A stretch of 63,990 bases of DNA, counting the filler, from Reclinomonas americana ATCC 50394 (lineage: Eukaryota): the NCBI GenBank assembly GCA_048213135.1. It is 9 parts of 9 records of this genome, joined end to end, with 100 filler letters (N's around TTAATTAATTAA, not from the genome) between each part and the next. Parts side by side here need not be neighbours in the genome. Positions count along the whole stretch, not along the records: positions 1 to 3,715 come from AFZH01017547.1; positions 3,816 to 12,456 come from AFZH01017548.1; 7 more parts are not named here. One strand, written 5' to 3'. Both the position numbers and the translations under genes were made by a program. Below are positions 1-10,705 of this stretch, piece after piece. Below the pieces are notes generated by a model that was not told the DNA's origin, ran no database searches, and saw only the letters and a program-made list of their open reading frames with translations. Position 1 is the stretch's first letter, and each line of letters opens with the position of its first letter.

Positions 1-145
1 CCTCCCTCCCTCCCTCCCTCCCCCCCTCCCTCCCTCCCTCCCTCCCTCTCTCCTTCACAGTCACTCACTCCCTCTTCTTCCCATCTCACCCACCCACCCA
101 CCCACCCACAGCACAACACAATACTCTACTATCCGTGAACGCAAC

Positions 146-1763
146 TGATATCCTCGGCATGCACCAGCGGCTGACGGATCCACTGTGCCAGCATGCGAGA
201 ACCCATGTTGGTCTTGCAGCGATTGAGCAGGCCAAAGAGGCTCATGTGACGATTGCCTGCGCGAGGAGCAGTGAGAACCACGAATGCTGGTGTGCTGACA
301 ACATGTGCCTACCCACCATCGCCGGGGCTGGGGAACAGATTGAGGGCACGAACGGCGGCCGAGTCGAGTCGAACATAGTCCTCCAGCGCGAACCGCTGCA
401 GCTTGAAGGAGCGCATGTTGGATTCGTCGTCCAGCAGCTGAAAACGCCGATGTGAGTCAAGTGAACACAACAAGTCAAAAAGCACACACACATCGCACCT
501 CCAAGTACTTGATCAACGCCGCGAGGGCACTCATCGCCAGCACATTTTGCATCTCATTCGCGCTCCGACGCGGATCGTCGAGCAACTTGCCGAGTGCGCT
601 CTCCGCGTCCTCGGGCTTGAAGAGACCTGCACACGCGAAGGGTGAGACAAGTGCCTTCCCCTCCAACCCCCTCCTCCACACTCAACTCTTCTTCTTCTCG
701 GTGGCCACCACGTCGCACCGCGCCAGCACGTCCTTCACTTTCTTGACGTCGCATGCAGTCGGATCGAAAGCGACCACCACCTCCTTGATGCCGAGTTGCA
801 GCAGGGCACTCTCCAGGTTGGCATACTGGTCGTTCTCCACAAACTCGGCCACTCCGAATCGCCGCTGCCCGAGCAGCGCGTACGCCAGACCGACAGCCTG
901 CGAGCGCGCGCGCACCAAGTCAGCCGCATCCACCTCACCTCCGGCGGGGCGCAAGCATACACAATGAGAACCTTGCGTCCATCCGCAGTGGAGAAGCGCA
1001 CAGCAGCCACCACACCGCTCTCGTGTCCCGCCGCCGCACCCAGTGCCAGTTCCTCGAACTCGCCGAGGTTGCCTGGCGTTCCCTGTGTGTATGTGCACAG
1101 GTGGGCACACCCTCCACACAAACGGCGACAAGGAGACATACGTACCCGCTTGACACACTTCCACTCGCTGGAGCCCGACTCGGCAGCCCACACCTCCACC
1201 TGCGCACAAGTGTCAACAAAGCATGGCCTGGGGTGCTCGTCGTGCGCGACAGACGCAACAGTCATGCCTCTCCGCAACAGCAGATCGGTGACCAGCTGCT
1301 CAAAGAGACGCTGGTTGACGCTGAGCGAGGCCAACCGGAAGGAGCCATTGGAGGCGGAGATTTCGCGCACTCCCGACGTCGTGTTCTGGTACTCGGTGGC
1401 GATCGAGATGGCCTGGTCGCCGTGCACTGTGTAGTACTCCTGTGAAGCAATGAGCACTCGGAGGAGTCAACACAGACAAACGACACACAAAATTCATGTG
1501 TGCCTTGCGATCAAACAGTCGAATGACGTTGGGAGCATCCTGCGCCGCCACCCCACAATGAGCATGTGCAAGGTAGAGAGAAGAAGGAGAGAGCACGCGC
1601 GCACCGGAAGTGTGCGGTAAAACTTGCAGAAAGAGTCCTCTTGTTTGGCACCTGCGCGTAGCACACGTGAGCACTGTACTCTCTTGTGTGTGTGAAGGTA
1701 TCAAAGCACGCAACTCAGTTTGAGTTGCAACGTGGCACCGCCGCTGCTGCTGGCCTCGCTCAT
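146..1763 (-). CDS. MSH2: DNA mismatch repair protein MSH2, 5' part (10 introns visible; continues beyond window start)
   Basis: Spliced exons read MSEASS..SFCKFYRTLP-DAPNVIRLFDRK-EYYTVHGDQA..GTPGNLGEFEE..FVENDQYANLESALLQLGIKE..YVRLDSAAVRALNLFP..SLFGLLNRCKTNMGSRMLAQWIRQPL, all typical MSH2 motifs. Confidence 0.95.
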
Positions 1764-1896
1764 TTGTTTCTCACGCAGCAAAGCAAATGGGACAGTTACC
1801 AGTGGCGCGAACGCTCGCGCGCATTGTCTCTGTCCCTCGACGACATCGCTCATCGCGTGTGCGTGTTTTTGCGTGTGTGTGTTTGGTGGGCTGAAT

Positions 1897-3692
1897 ATGA
1901 AGTGGCCTAGCTTCCTGGGCGTCGATCGCAAGAGCAGGGTGCGCGGCGATGTTCGGTGCACATGTCCTTCTCACTCTCTCTCACACACAAGCACGCGCAC
2001 ACACACAACAGATCTTTGTCGTGTTCATCCTGGTGATTGCCGTGCTCGACTTTGCGTTGTGCGTGTCGGCGTGGACAGCAGCTGGCAGAGTTTCGTGCAC
2101 GCGACATCTCACACACAACTTTTATGTTGTTGCTTTTTTTGTTGTTGTTGTTGCACGACATTGCGCCACACTCTTCTCTCACTTTCCTCTCTCTCTTTGT
2201 TGCAGCTATGGGGCGAATCTGCGAGCGGGCGTCGCTTTTACTTTGTGGCGCTTCCCATGTTGATTTTGTCGTTCCCTGTGTGTGCCTACTTGGTGCTGCA
2301 GTTCAGGCCACGTGAGAGCATGTTTGGTGGAGTTGCGTATACACTTACACATCACTCGCTGGCGTTTTGTGTGTAAGTTAGAGAGAAATGATCGAATTTG
2401 ATCTCTCTCTTGTGTGCAGCTGGTCGGCATGTGCATTTGCTTGTTGTTTGCGCTGTTGGATTTGGGCTTTGTGGCGTCGGATTATGGCGATGATGCGTTC
2501 AAGGCGTTGTCGGTGTTTTGCATTCTGCAGCTCATTCCGGTGGTGCGTTGGATGAGGGACAGGGAGGGAACGGGATCACGAGGAAAGAGAGTAGAAGGAG
2601 AAAGGATGGAAGATAGAGAGAAAAGGGATGACGAGGAGGACGAGGAGAAGAAGAAGAGGAGAATGGGAGGGAACGACACGAGGAGTGTTTGCACTGAGCA
2701 ACATGAAGGCGTTTGTGTGCAGCGAGGGAGAAAGGGGGAGAGAACGAAAGGGCGTGTGGACGTAGCAACACAGATTCAGCAAGGAGTAGAGGAGGAGAGA
2801 ATTGAATGCGAGATAACACGAATGTAGAATGAGAAGAGAAGAGGAACCGCGGCAGCAACACAAGACATGGTTCAATGAGAGAGTCACAGACTGGGAAAGC
2901 GAGCGAAAGTGCGTTTGATGTGTGTTATGCATCGTGGACAGGAGAACACGAGTGCGTAGCTTAGGGAAGGCAGCAGACACGACGAACAGCGAAGAAGGCA
3001 GTCGTATCAACGAGAAGTGCAGACTGAGAAAGCTAGCGAGAGTGTGTTTTGTGGTGTGTGATGCAGCGGGAGAGAAGAGAAGGGGAAGGCAGCAGACAAG
3101 ACGGCGAAAAAGGCAGTCATATCAGGGTGTCTAGAGTGCGTTTGGTGTGTGCGATTCAGCGTGGAAAAGCGAAGTCGAGTGCGTAGCGTAGTGTAACGAA
3201 AGAGGGGAGAACAAAAGGGAGATCAGGGAAGGTTGAGAGCTGCAAATAGAACACAGTCGTGTGCGAAGGAATGCGAGCGTTGGTGTGTTTCTGGTGTGTG
3301 ATGCAACATCGAACGAAGAATATGAGTGCGAAGCCTAGTGCACCGAAGAAGGGTTACAGATGTACAAGGAGGAGAAGGGGAAAGCATCAGACAAGACGAA
3401 CAGCGATGTTGTCAAGCACACAGGGTAAGCGAGCGAGAGTGTGTGCGATTCAGTGATGCTGGTGAAGACGTGTGAAGATCGATGTGACGAGAGAGAAACG
3501 ATGCAGACTTGCGAGGAGAGACTTGAAGCACACACGCAGAGAGCGAGAGTATGTGTTGCTTGTGCTTTATCCATCACTTCTCACTCCCCCGCCTCACACA
3601 GTCGGCTTTCATGGCCTTCCTCTTTGTGTGGAAGACGCCGTACTTGTCGGATGATGCCGACGGCGGACAGCCGCAGCGCGACTATCAACCGA
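1897..3692 (+). CDS. small four-transmembrane protein of unknown family (3' end in gap)
   Basis: ATG at 1897. In-frame exons MKWPSFLGVDRKSR/IFVVFILVIAVLDFALCVSAW/FYFVALPMLILSFPVCAYLVL/LVGMCICLLFALLDLGFV..ALSVFCILQLIPV/SAFMAFLFVWK are bounded by GT-AG; there is a ~1.06 kb intron at 2543-3601. Confidence 0.65.
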
Positions 3693-3715
3693 GTTGCGCA
3701 ACCCTCTCCCCTCCC

Positions 3716-3815
3716 NNNNNNNNNNNNNNNNNNNNNNNNNNNNNNNNNNNNNNNNNNNNTTAATTAATTAANNNNNNNNNNNNNNNNNNNNNNNNNNNNN
3801 NNNNNNNNNNNNNNN
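3716..3815. other. artificial 100-nt gap spacer (also 12457-12556, 22135-22234, 36535-36634, 41048-41147, 53701-53800, 57173-57272, 61716-61815)
   Basis: Identical N44-TTAATTAATTAA-N44 six-frame-stop linkers. Confidence 0.99.
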
Positions 3816-6800
3816 TCGTTGTCTGTCCGTCAGTGTCCTTTGTTTGCCAACGAAGAGAAGAGCACAACGAAAGCATGCACACTCCGCGTGCGGATGGCGG
3901 TGGGGCGTAGATGCACACAGGCAGACTTGCAGGCACTCACTCACTTTCTGTGTGTGTGTGTGTGTGTGACAGCAGGCGACCCCATGGTCATTGTGATGCG
4001 CGCCATCCAGCAAACCTCCGGTGCCAGTGGAGTTGCGTGTGTGCAACTAACGACAACAGCTTCTATTCTTCTCACAATGCATCTCGTGCACACACACAAA
4101 CACAAACACACAGAACGCCGCTGTGATTGCCATCAAGACCATTCTCGCCAGTCGATGTACGTGACATGCATTCTCTTTGTGTTTGTGTGTGTGTGTGGAG
4201 GTCTCACTCATTCCGTTGCATGTTATGCAGGCCCTCACCTCGACCCCGCGAGTGTGCTGCAGGAGGCACAACTGCGAGGCCTCGTTGAGTTGTCTGGCTC
4301 AATGATCCGTCTCACATCCTCATCATCTTCATCATCGTCATCAGCTGCTGCTGCCACAGGCGAGTCTCTCTTCCTCGACTCTCCAGCATAAGAACCTCAC
4401 TCGTCGCCCTTTGGTCACAGTCGTCAGCGGCCGTGCTCATACGCTGCGTGCGACCGACGACTTGGACGATCAAGATGCAGCAATTGCACTGGCCTCGGCG
4501 GCTGCACCACCGCCTTCACCTGCACCACCGCGGCCGCCATCAGCAGCCGCAGCTGTGCCAAGAGCCGTTGTTCCCCGTGCGTAACAGCTCCTCCTCGGGC
4601 TCTTTTGTGATTCTCACGTCTCTACTGTTTTTTGTGACTGGGTCAGGCTTGGCGATTCCGCCGGTGCAGCGGGATTCACTGCTGTCGCCGCCACCCGTAA
4701 ACCCGTTCCCACGAGCGCAAGAAGTCGAAAAGATGACCCAACTCGTTGCCACTGTCCGTCAGCTGGCCGGCAGTCGTGGGGTGCGTTCCCTGTCTCTCCC
4801 CTCTCGTCTCCACGGAATAACTCATGCGTGTGGTGCAGTTCGTGAACATCGGAAGCGTGGGCACCGCAGTGAAGAAGCGGGAGTCTTTCTTTCTCACAGT
4901 CGGTACGTCGGCGTGTACTCTCTGTTCATGTGATGGCAACTAACCTCTCGCTGGCAGAGACGCCAACCACCGCCAAGCTCATCAGCAGGGCCGTGGAGCT
5001 CGGGCTGCTCGAAGTCTGTGAGAACTCAGACAATGTGCGCGTCGTCTCTGGTGCTGCGGCCGGACGGCCGAGGCAGCCACGTTGCGTCCTCTGCTGCGTG
5101 GGTTGTCCTCGCTCGTCGCCTCACATGCGCCGCAGTGACGGAGGACGAAAAAATGGCCAAGATTGTGCAGATGGTGACGGCGAGTGCCGACGACGCTGGG
5201 GTTCGTGTGGCAAATGCGCACAAAATTGCGATGCAAGTGATTCACACGTGTGTTGTGTCTCTGCTGCGCCACAGCGAATGGACAATGGGAAACTCGGCAC
5301 TGCTGTGGCCATGCAGCAGAGTTTGTTCTTTACCGACGGTCAGTGGCCGCTTCTGTTGTGTGTGGGGGCACACGTCGTGGTGACTTCCGTGCAATGCAGA
5401 CATACAAGATCTCATGAGCTTGAGGCGGCGTGCCTATCGACTCGGCATACTGGAGCCGGATGGTCCGAATCACGTTCGACTCGGGCCACGGGCGGCAACT
5501 GCCGGTCGACAGTCAGGTTCACTCTCGGCGCGCGCGTGGGTCGCCTCCGACTCGACCACTCTGGCAAAGGCTTCATCGTCGGCTCCGCGTGTGCAGCCAG
5601 TGTCGGCGGCTGCCCCCGGCCCGTCACGACCTCCCCCGCCAGTCGCAAGTGAGTCACAAGTGCGGTCGCCTTGGTCGTGCACTCCCGACTGAAAAAGAAA
5701 CTCATCGTGTGGGTGCCGTGCGCAGGCACGGTGAGTGCAGACATGGAGTCAAAGATGCGTCACTTGGTGGCAATTGTGCGAAGTCACGCCTACAGCGATG
5801 GGGTAAGTGCGGACTGGGCGTACATGAAGCACATGAAGAGCGCACGTTTGACTGTTGGTGAATCTGTTAGATAACGCAAGTGGGCGTGGTTGGCAACATG
5901 GTGCGAAAGCAGTCGGCGATGTTTCTGACACCAGGTACGTGCCTCATTTTGGCGTGTTTTCATTGCGTGCGCTCTCAGTCTCACCGCACATGCAGATACA
6001 CCGACTGTCGTCAAATTGATCAGCAAAGCAGTGTTGCTCGGCTATCTCGAGGTTTGTGATGACCCGAACTGTGTGCGGCCAGTTACGGGTTCTGCTTTTG
6101 GCAAGCCACGGAAGCCATGTTGCGTCGCCGCCGAGAACTCACCAGTCGCGTCAACAACTGTGGCATGCTGATTTTTTCCGCCGGCGCACAGTCACGGAAG
6201 AGGAGAAGATGAGCAAACTCGTGCAGATTATGACTGCTTGCGGTGCAGAACGAGCGGTACGTGTGTATTTCATTACCAAGTGACACGCGAGGGCGTTGCT
6301 CTGCTGATCATTCACTGTTTCCTTGCATCAGTCCGTCGACATGGGCATTCTCGGTTCGGCGGTGGCCGCGCAGCATGACCTGTTTTTCGGCAACGGTTTG
6401 ACAGTCTCACTTTCCAAGGTATTGTGTGCGCCGGGGATGGCTAACGTAATGTGCGCAGGCGTTGAAGATTTCTCCGCATTGTTCCGCCGAGCCTGTGACC
6501 TGGGAGTACTGATGACACACGATAAGCATCGTATTCGACTCGGACCACGAGCAGCCGCAATGAGTTCAACAGAGAAACAGTCCGGTTCCATGTCAGCGCG
6601 ACCCTGGTTGAGTATGGATGCGGCGGGATCGTCTTCGTCGGCGACAACGCCGACAGCGCGCACGACCGTTAAGACTGCAACGAGTGCGGCTGCTGCGCCG
6701 TCACATCCAGCAGCGGCAGGTATGGCTCGGCAGCACCAGTGTATTCCTCAACTGGCAGCCTCACGTCCCGTGCAGAACCTAGCGGATCTCTCCTCACGGA

Positions 6801-9179
6801 AAAGATGCGCCACCTGGTGGCGATTGTGCGCAAACTTCATGGACAGTTCAGGGTTCGTCATCCGTGGCTCCTGTCACAGTAGCGACATGCATCCTGAGTG
6901 ACAACTGGCACAGTCGGTGGTGCCCATGGCGGCCTTGGGTTCGGAGGTCAAGAAGGAGTCGTCACTCTTTTTGACTGCAGGTTTTTTCCCGCATATGCGC
7001 GTCGCGTGTTATTGTCATGGGGATCACCTCTCATGTTCATCGTGGTACTCATGTTGCAGATACGCCGCGACTCGCCGACCTTGTCAGCAAAGCGGTGGAG
7101 TTCGGATATCTCGAACCCTGCGACGATCCCAACTGCGTGCGCCCTGTCAGTGGTCCGGCCGTGGGAAAGCGCAGACGACCATGTTGCGCCTCTCCCTGCT
7201 CTCGATTACCGCGATCACCGTCATGCTTACACCAATGACCAGACACTGAGGAGGAAAAGATGGCGAAGCTGGTGCAGTATGTGACATCGTGTGCTGACGC
7301 ACAAGGGGTGTGTACAGTCGCCGTTGTGAGTGGTTGTGACGTGACACCAATTTCTCCTTGTATATCTAGCGAGCGCATCTGTCGGCGCTGGGTTCTGCAG
7401 TGGCCGCACAGCAAAGTCTGTTCTTCACGCACGGTACGCTTGCTGTGTTGCTGCTGCATGGGCACATCGAACGGCGTTTCGCTCACACAACTACAGAGTT
7501 TCCTGATTTGAAGTCATTGCGCAAGCGTGCTGTTGAGCTAGGCCTGCTCCAACCATGCGGTGACGCCAACTACGTGCGTCTCGGGGCGCAGGCGATCGTT
7601 GGGAGCTCGGAACAGCCGCCAGCTCGGCCACCAGTCGGTCCCAACTCAGGTTCCGGATCTTCCTCCTCCGCTGTTGCCAAGCAGGCGTCAAAGCCGACTG
7701 CGGCTGTTGTCAACCCAGCGCCATTGTCTGTGCCAGGTTTGAGAGCAGCAGTCGCGGTGTTGTCTACCTGGCACCGTCATTCTTGTTGACACAAGGTCGC
7801 GTGTTTTCCAGGATCGGTGACGGAGAAAATGAGGCGCCTGGTAGAAATTGTGCGCCAGTGTGCAGACAGTGAGGGGGTACGTTGCGCCTTTTGATTGGTG
7901 CGCGGTCTCGTGCAACACAGACTGAGACGCGTTCTTCAACAGCGAGCCAACTGCGCAGCCGTTGGCCAGGCCGTCCACGACGATTCCTCGTTCTTCTACA
8001 ACTGTGGAATCACGAGGTTCGCTGACCTGAAGGAATTGGCCATATCGCTAGGCTACTTGCGAGAAAGCACTTCAGTTCGCAACCACGTCTGTGTGCGAAG
8101 TGCGGCAGACTTTCTGGGCCAGTCCGTGCACGAGGCACCTCAGCCGCCGCCGAGCAGTTGCGTAGAAAATGCACAGCGATGCACTCGTTTGGCATCTATC
8201 TCAATTCGCGTGCATGCAGCAACCACCGCCGCCGCCACCACTGCTGCTGCTGCACCGCCTCGGAAAGTCTTCCAGCAGCAGCAGCAGGCACCACCGGCCA
8301 GTTACGTTGTTTGCGTGAATAAGAAAGATGCACTCGTGATCTCAAGGCGTTCGTATACAGCGACCGCCGCCACCGCTGCTGCTGTGCCGCCCCGGAAGGT
8401 TGAATCGACGCCAGTCGTCAAGCGGGAAGTCTTCCAGCAGCAGCAGGCACCGCCGACGAGTTGCGTTGATTGTGTTAGAAATGTGCTCGTGTGGCATCTA
8501 TCTCAAGTCGCGTGTATGCAGCGACCACCACCGCCGCCACCGCCGCTGCCACTGCACCGCCAAGCAAGGTCGAATCAATGCCAGTCGTCAAGGATGAAGT
8601 CCTCCCGCAACAACCCGCCCAGCAGGCACCACCGGCCAGTTGCGTTGATCTGAATGAGTAAGAAATGCACTCGTGATCTCACGGCGTGTGTATGCAGCGA
8701 CTGCCGTCGAAGCGCCGAAGAAGACCTACTCTATGCAAGTCATCCAGGGGGCAGTCTTCCAGAGACAATTCACCCAGCAGGCACCGCCAACAAGTTGCGT
8801 TGTTGTGTGAACAAGAGATGCCCTCGTGTGGCATCTCAAGTCGTGTGTACATATATGTAGTGACCGCCACCGCCACCGCCACCGCCACCGCCGCTGCGCC
8901 GCCGCCGCCGCCCAAGCACCCCGACTCGATGATCGTCTCGCCACTACCCGCTAGCTATGTGTCACCGACCAGTTGCGTTATTTGCATGAGCAAGAAATGT
9001 ACTTGTATTGTATCCATCTCAAGTCGTGTGTGTTTGCAGTGACCGCCGCCATCGCCGCCACCGCACCTGTCGTCAAGGGACCGGAACAACCCGTCCAGCA
9101 CGCGCCACCGACCAGTTGCGTTGCTTTGTATGATGCACCCGTGTGGCATCGTATCTCAAGTCGTGTGTTTTGCAGCGAC

Positions 9180-9210
<31 letters not shown>

Positions 9211-10633
9211 GCTGCGCCGCCGGTGAAATCCAACGCGAGCCGAGTCAATCTCTTGGTAAAGGAAGCACTCCGCTTGGCAGATGCAAAAGGGGTGTGTGAA
9301 CTCGACGTGTGTGCTGTCGCTGCGGTGCTCCAGATCTCACGAAAGCGATATTTTTCACGCCAGAGAGTCGAGTGGGAAGCGTTGGAATCACTGGTCCACG
9401 ATCAGATGGCAGACGAATTCCTGTTGAACAGTTCGTGTGTGAAGGTAGTTTTTGTGAATGTCGACGGTGTTGCTTACGCATGCAATCGCTGCAGGTGGAG
9501 ACGACGCCTTGTCGATCTTCCTTCGTGCCTTGTACGAACAGTACTTTGAGCCGTGCTCGAGCTCCGCATTCAGCACACATGTGCAACTGACCGAGAAAGG
9601 ACGACAGGTGGGGAGTGAATTGCTCTCGAGTTGCGGTTGCGCCGCATGCTTGCGCGCTCTGGTGAACATATCGACGATAGATGCCGCGGCAGGTGCATTG
9701 TGGTTTATTTTTAGTGTGAAAGCCGTGGGTGGGAGGCAGAATCGCTCACCCATCTCTCTCACTACGTGCAGTCTCTTCGCCGGCGGAGGCGCCGACTCGT
9801 CGAGTGGAAGAAACGCCTTCCGAGTACGAAGTGATGAGTGAGCTAGTGGCTATGGCAAGCCGATACGCCGACCCGGAGGGAGTGAGTGGAGCGCAAGCGC
9901 GTGACGTATGGACTGAGTTCTTCTGACTTCAAGTGGCGCAGGCTATTCCCAAGACGGCTCTTGGCACAGGAGTTAGCAAGCGTGCCTCATTCTTCTTCTC
10001 CACTGGTACGGCAATGTCATCCCTCCACGCACACTCTATCGATTGCTGGGTCTGAGCAAGTTGTGCAGGCCTCGGGACTTTCAAAAAGTTGATTGCAAGG
10101 GCCATCGAAATTGGGTATCTTGGTGCCAGCACAGATTCGCAGTTCGTCATGCTGCCGAGCGACGAGATGCCGGGGAGGCAACCTGTGTGGCCAGCGGCTG
10201 AGCGCGCGGCTCTCCTCTCCAAGTACGCTCGCAACCCGTTTTTGCGCCTCGTTCACCTCGTGCAAGTGCTCTCTGACCGTGATGGAGTTTCGTGTTTGTT
10301 CTTGCGGCTCGTTCTCTCCCTCCTCCCCCTCCCGTCGAGTTCGTTTCTCATTCCCGCGGCCGTGCAGAACGCCAATCATGGTCTCGTGCTGCGCACGTTA
10401 GTGGACGCTGCCTCTCTCTTTCTGGCCGACACTGGTACGAATACGCAGCAGCAGCGTACCATCTTGAAAGAAAACTTGATTCTGACCGTGGTGCTCGAGG
10501 CACAGACTACAAAGACGCCCAGGCGCTGCTGAACGACGCCGTTGCGTTGAGGTACTTGAGCTTTTTCCCGGCGCTCGGCACCTTCCGCATCGGTTCACGA
10601 GTAGGTGCTGAGCGTTTCGATGATGATCGATGA
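3816..10633 (+). CDS. protein with ~11 tandem winged-helix (LOTUS/OST-HTH-like) repeats and a Pro/Ala linker; 5' end in gap
   Basis: A ~70-aa unit recurs, mostly split by two introns at homologous positions, e.g. EKMSKLVQIMTACGAERA/SVDMGILGSAVAAQHDLFFGNG/VEDFSALFRRACDLGVLMTHDKHRIRLG and EKMRRLVEIVRQCADSEG/RANCAAVGQAVHDDSSFFYNCGITRFADLKELAISLGYL. Stop TGA at 10631-10633. The family call is by pattern only. Confidence 0.7.
8157..9175 (+). repeat. tandem array of seven paralogous introns with Pro/Ala/Gln-rich exons
   Basis: Introns at 8157-8219, 8301-8360, 8460-8521, 8639-8697, 8794-8860, 8972-9039 and 9115-9175 share A|GTT(G/A)CGT...TGCACTCGTG..ATCTCAAGTCGTGTG...AG. Confidence 0.85.
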
Positions 10634-10705
10634 CAAGACGTGCAGGAGGTTTGAGAATACAAGAACAATATACGTACGAAAAATACAAACGAGAAAGATC
10701 TCCCC

